The position numbers and the translations under genes are program-made. The notes below the pieces were generated by a model that saw only the letters and a list, made by a program, of their open reading frames with translations, had not been told where the DNA came from and made no database searches. From Selaginella moellendorffii (lineage: Eukaryota > Plantae > Lycopodiophyta), in NCBI RefSeq assembly GCF_000143415.4, contig NW_003314322.1, positions 559,430 through 623,429 of the forward strand: a stretch of 64,000 bases of DNA, read 5' to 3'. This document shows, piece after piece, positions 61,934 through 64,000 of this stretch (its first letter is position 1; each line of letters begins with the position of its first letter).

Positions 61934-62932
61934 ATGGCGCTCTCTTCTTCGGCTAGCTGTGGTATGGCTTTTGGTGCCAAGGCTGCGGCGCTCGGTGGTT
62001 CTGTTCGACGGGGTTCCAGGATATGTAGCAGTAGAGGGGGTTTTGGGCTTGCTGGTCTCCGCCAAGGTGGGCGGTCTCTATTCGGGCCGAGTCTCAAGGA
62101 TTTTCTTCCATCGAATGGGAGTCGATTCATGGCCGCAACTTGGATCGACAATTCGTAAGCTCGCTCTCTTCGAAGTTCTGTCATGCTGTGAAGTAATTTT
62201 TTGTGTTTTTCGATTGAGCAGGGCCCAGGTAGACGTGGAAGTTCCTCTTTCTGTCGCCTGGGATATGTGGAGTGACCGGGAGAGGATTAGTCGCTGGATG
62301 CCTTGGATTACTTCTGTCAAGGTGATCTAAAAGTTGTGTTTTTCTTTGTTCTAAGTGCCAACTTTGTTTAGGTACTCGAAGATCAGCCTGAATTGTCACG
62401 CTGGACTCTAAGCACAGACTCCTTGGGTCAGAAATTCGAGTTCTCTTGGCTAGCACGCAATTTACAGGTAAAGTCTTGCTCTTTTTCTCTAGCTACAAGT
62501 GTTCTTTTTCTTGTTCTTCCAGCCGATTCACCACCAGAAGATACACTGGCGTTCGGTAGACGGACTTCCAAACCGGTATGCGTTAATTGAGGTCTAAGCT
62601 TTACGTTGGTTTGCTTCTTGTGCTATTAGAGGCACAGTCCGATTTTATCCCCGGGGACCGTCAGCTTGTCGAGTCGAGGCAAGAAAAGACTATCACAATT
62701 CTGTTTCGTGAGCTTACTATCGTCTGCCTTCGCAGCTTACAATCTCGTACGAGCTTCCTGAGGTTATCGGAATGGTTGCATCGGTAGGCGTCTCGATTTC
62801 TCTCTTTCTTGTGCCTGATCTTCTGCTGGTTTTCAGGCCCTTTCTCCCCTGGTGGAAGGCATCTTGAAAGCAGACTTGGATCGTTTCGCCAAACTCGCTC
62901 GCGAAACTGCACTGGAAGCAAAGAAAGGCTGA
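61934..62932 (+). CDS. Plastid-targeted polyketide cyclase/dehydrase (SRPBCC/START-like) protein
   Basis: VDVEVPLSVAWDMWSDRERISRWMPWITSV, FSWLARNLQP, KIHWRSVDGLPNRGTVRF and DLDRFA. Confidence 0.88.
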
Positions 62933-63157
62933 ATTGGAGCTCTCACCCCCATTCGTTTGTTTCGACTTGTATCGAAGCATTGATTAAACAGTGCCTTGTT
63001 CTTGTAGATTGTCACTGCCGAAATCATCGTTTCAAAGACTTCGAGAATTTCTCGAAGCTACAAAGAAGAAGTCTTGTCTAATGATAGGTTCATAGAGAAT
63101 ATTCTCTACTGTTTCTTACTTTTGTGTTATAAACCTCTCCCCTCCCCTCCACGGGTC

Positions 63158-63645
63158 ATGGAGGGGGGCATCGGCAAGAAATTCTCGGCGGGCGCTAGAG
63201 AATGTACCATGTGTGGCGATGTTGGCTTCTCCACGGAGCTATTTCCCTGCGATGGATGCCAGAGACGATACCAGCACAGGTTGATTCTAAGAGCTTTTTC
63301 CGTTGTCGGTGCTTGAGAGAGAGAGTTTTGCTTTCCAGATACTGCAGCGATCTCTATCCCAAGGATCCCAATCCAAGGCTCTGCAACTGGTGCTTGCACG
63401 AGAGGAAGAAGACGAGCTCGAATTTCATGGCTGATCATGGGATTTTCATGACCGGTCACAAGCGAAAGGTTCCCTCTTTCTCGAGTGATGGCACCGCTGC
63501 GCAATCGATCGATTCGGGGGTTTCCAGGCAAGGAAACAATCGGATTGTTGCGAATGGGAGGATCCAATCGCTCCCGCCGCGTTCTTGCAACCATGTCCGT
63601 GGCATTGCCAAGCGGTACAAGCTCCTCTCGCAGGTCTCTTGCTAA
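63158..63645 (+). CDS. Small plant PHD-like zinc-finger protein (2 exons)
   Basis: ECTMCGDVG..ELFPCDGC..RYQHRYCS..CNWCL and C-terminal RYKLL..VSC. Confidence 0.88.
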
Positions 63646-63921
63646 GAACTAAATAAAATATGAGGATCGAGATGATCGCAATCGATCCCAAATGTCCGGA
63701 GGATCAGATCAAAGATCCATGATTTCTCACGGAAAGAAAGATCGGATCAAACCAAACGGCGTGAACTTGACCAAGATTATATTTTTTGGACGTGGTCAAG
63801 TCATACAAAAGAATTACACTATGGTGGTTGTGGTTGTTTTTGATTTTTCCAGATGATCAAACGATCATAGTGTGGCGATTAGGGTTTTGGAGAGAAATAT
63901 TTTGGGGATCCAGCTCCAGCG

Positions 63922-64000
63922 ATGGGATCCCGCGAGGAGGCGCTCGAGGCGGAGAATGGGCGCCTGGTGTCGGAGATGGCGTCGCTGAAGAAGAAGATAA
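63922..64000 (+). CDS. Probable 5' end of a gene truncated by the window edge
   Basis: ATG after a TAGGGTTT motif; open coiled-coil-like frame MGSREEALEAENGRLVSEMASLKKKI. Confidence 0.5.
   Translation, partial: MGSREEALEAENGRLVSEMASLKKKI

Overview
Eukaryotic nuclear DNA from a very compact land-plant genome. The ~50-60 bp GT-AG introns, tightly packed genes and PPR gene built from short SWN/SWT-type repeats fit a Selaginella-like lycophyte (inference). About 20 protein genes are recognisable: PLS/E-class PPR, aldo-keto reductase, LAX1/ROX-like bHLH, neurochondrin, a WI12-domain gene, CPR5, an intronless FCP1/NIF-type HAD phosphatase, bacterial-type citramalate synthase (CimA), VAC14, proline iminopeptidase, a CBS-pair protein, a GPX lacking its catalytic Cys, acetylornithine aminotransferase, a Crinkler-like SAM-NTPase-nuclease, an F-box protein, zeaxanthin epoxidase, a SMI1/KNR4-like protein, a PNRC-motif protein, ADA2, an SRPBCC protein and a PHD-like zinc finger. 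There is also one tRNA-Leu(AAG), several pseudogenes and a 100-N gap. An ~11 kb transposon island (9.2-20.3 kb) holds a decayed hAT element. Inside it is a Gypsy LTR element, which carries a solo LTR and a Cassandra-like TRIM with 5S rRNA sequence in its LTR. The most notable items are the Crinkler-like NTPase-REase gene, the intron-rich CimA, the 5S-carrying TRIM, the Cys-to-Ser GPX and same-strand gene pairs with almost no intergenic space. Exon boundaries were read by eye, and family calls come from recalled motifs rather than database searches.
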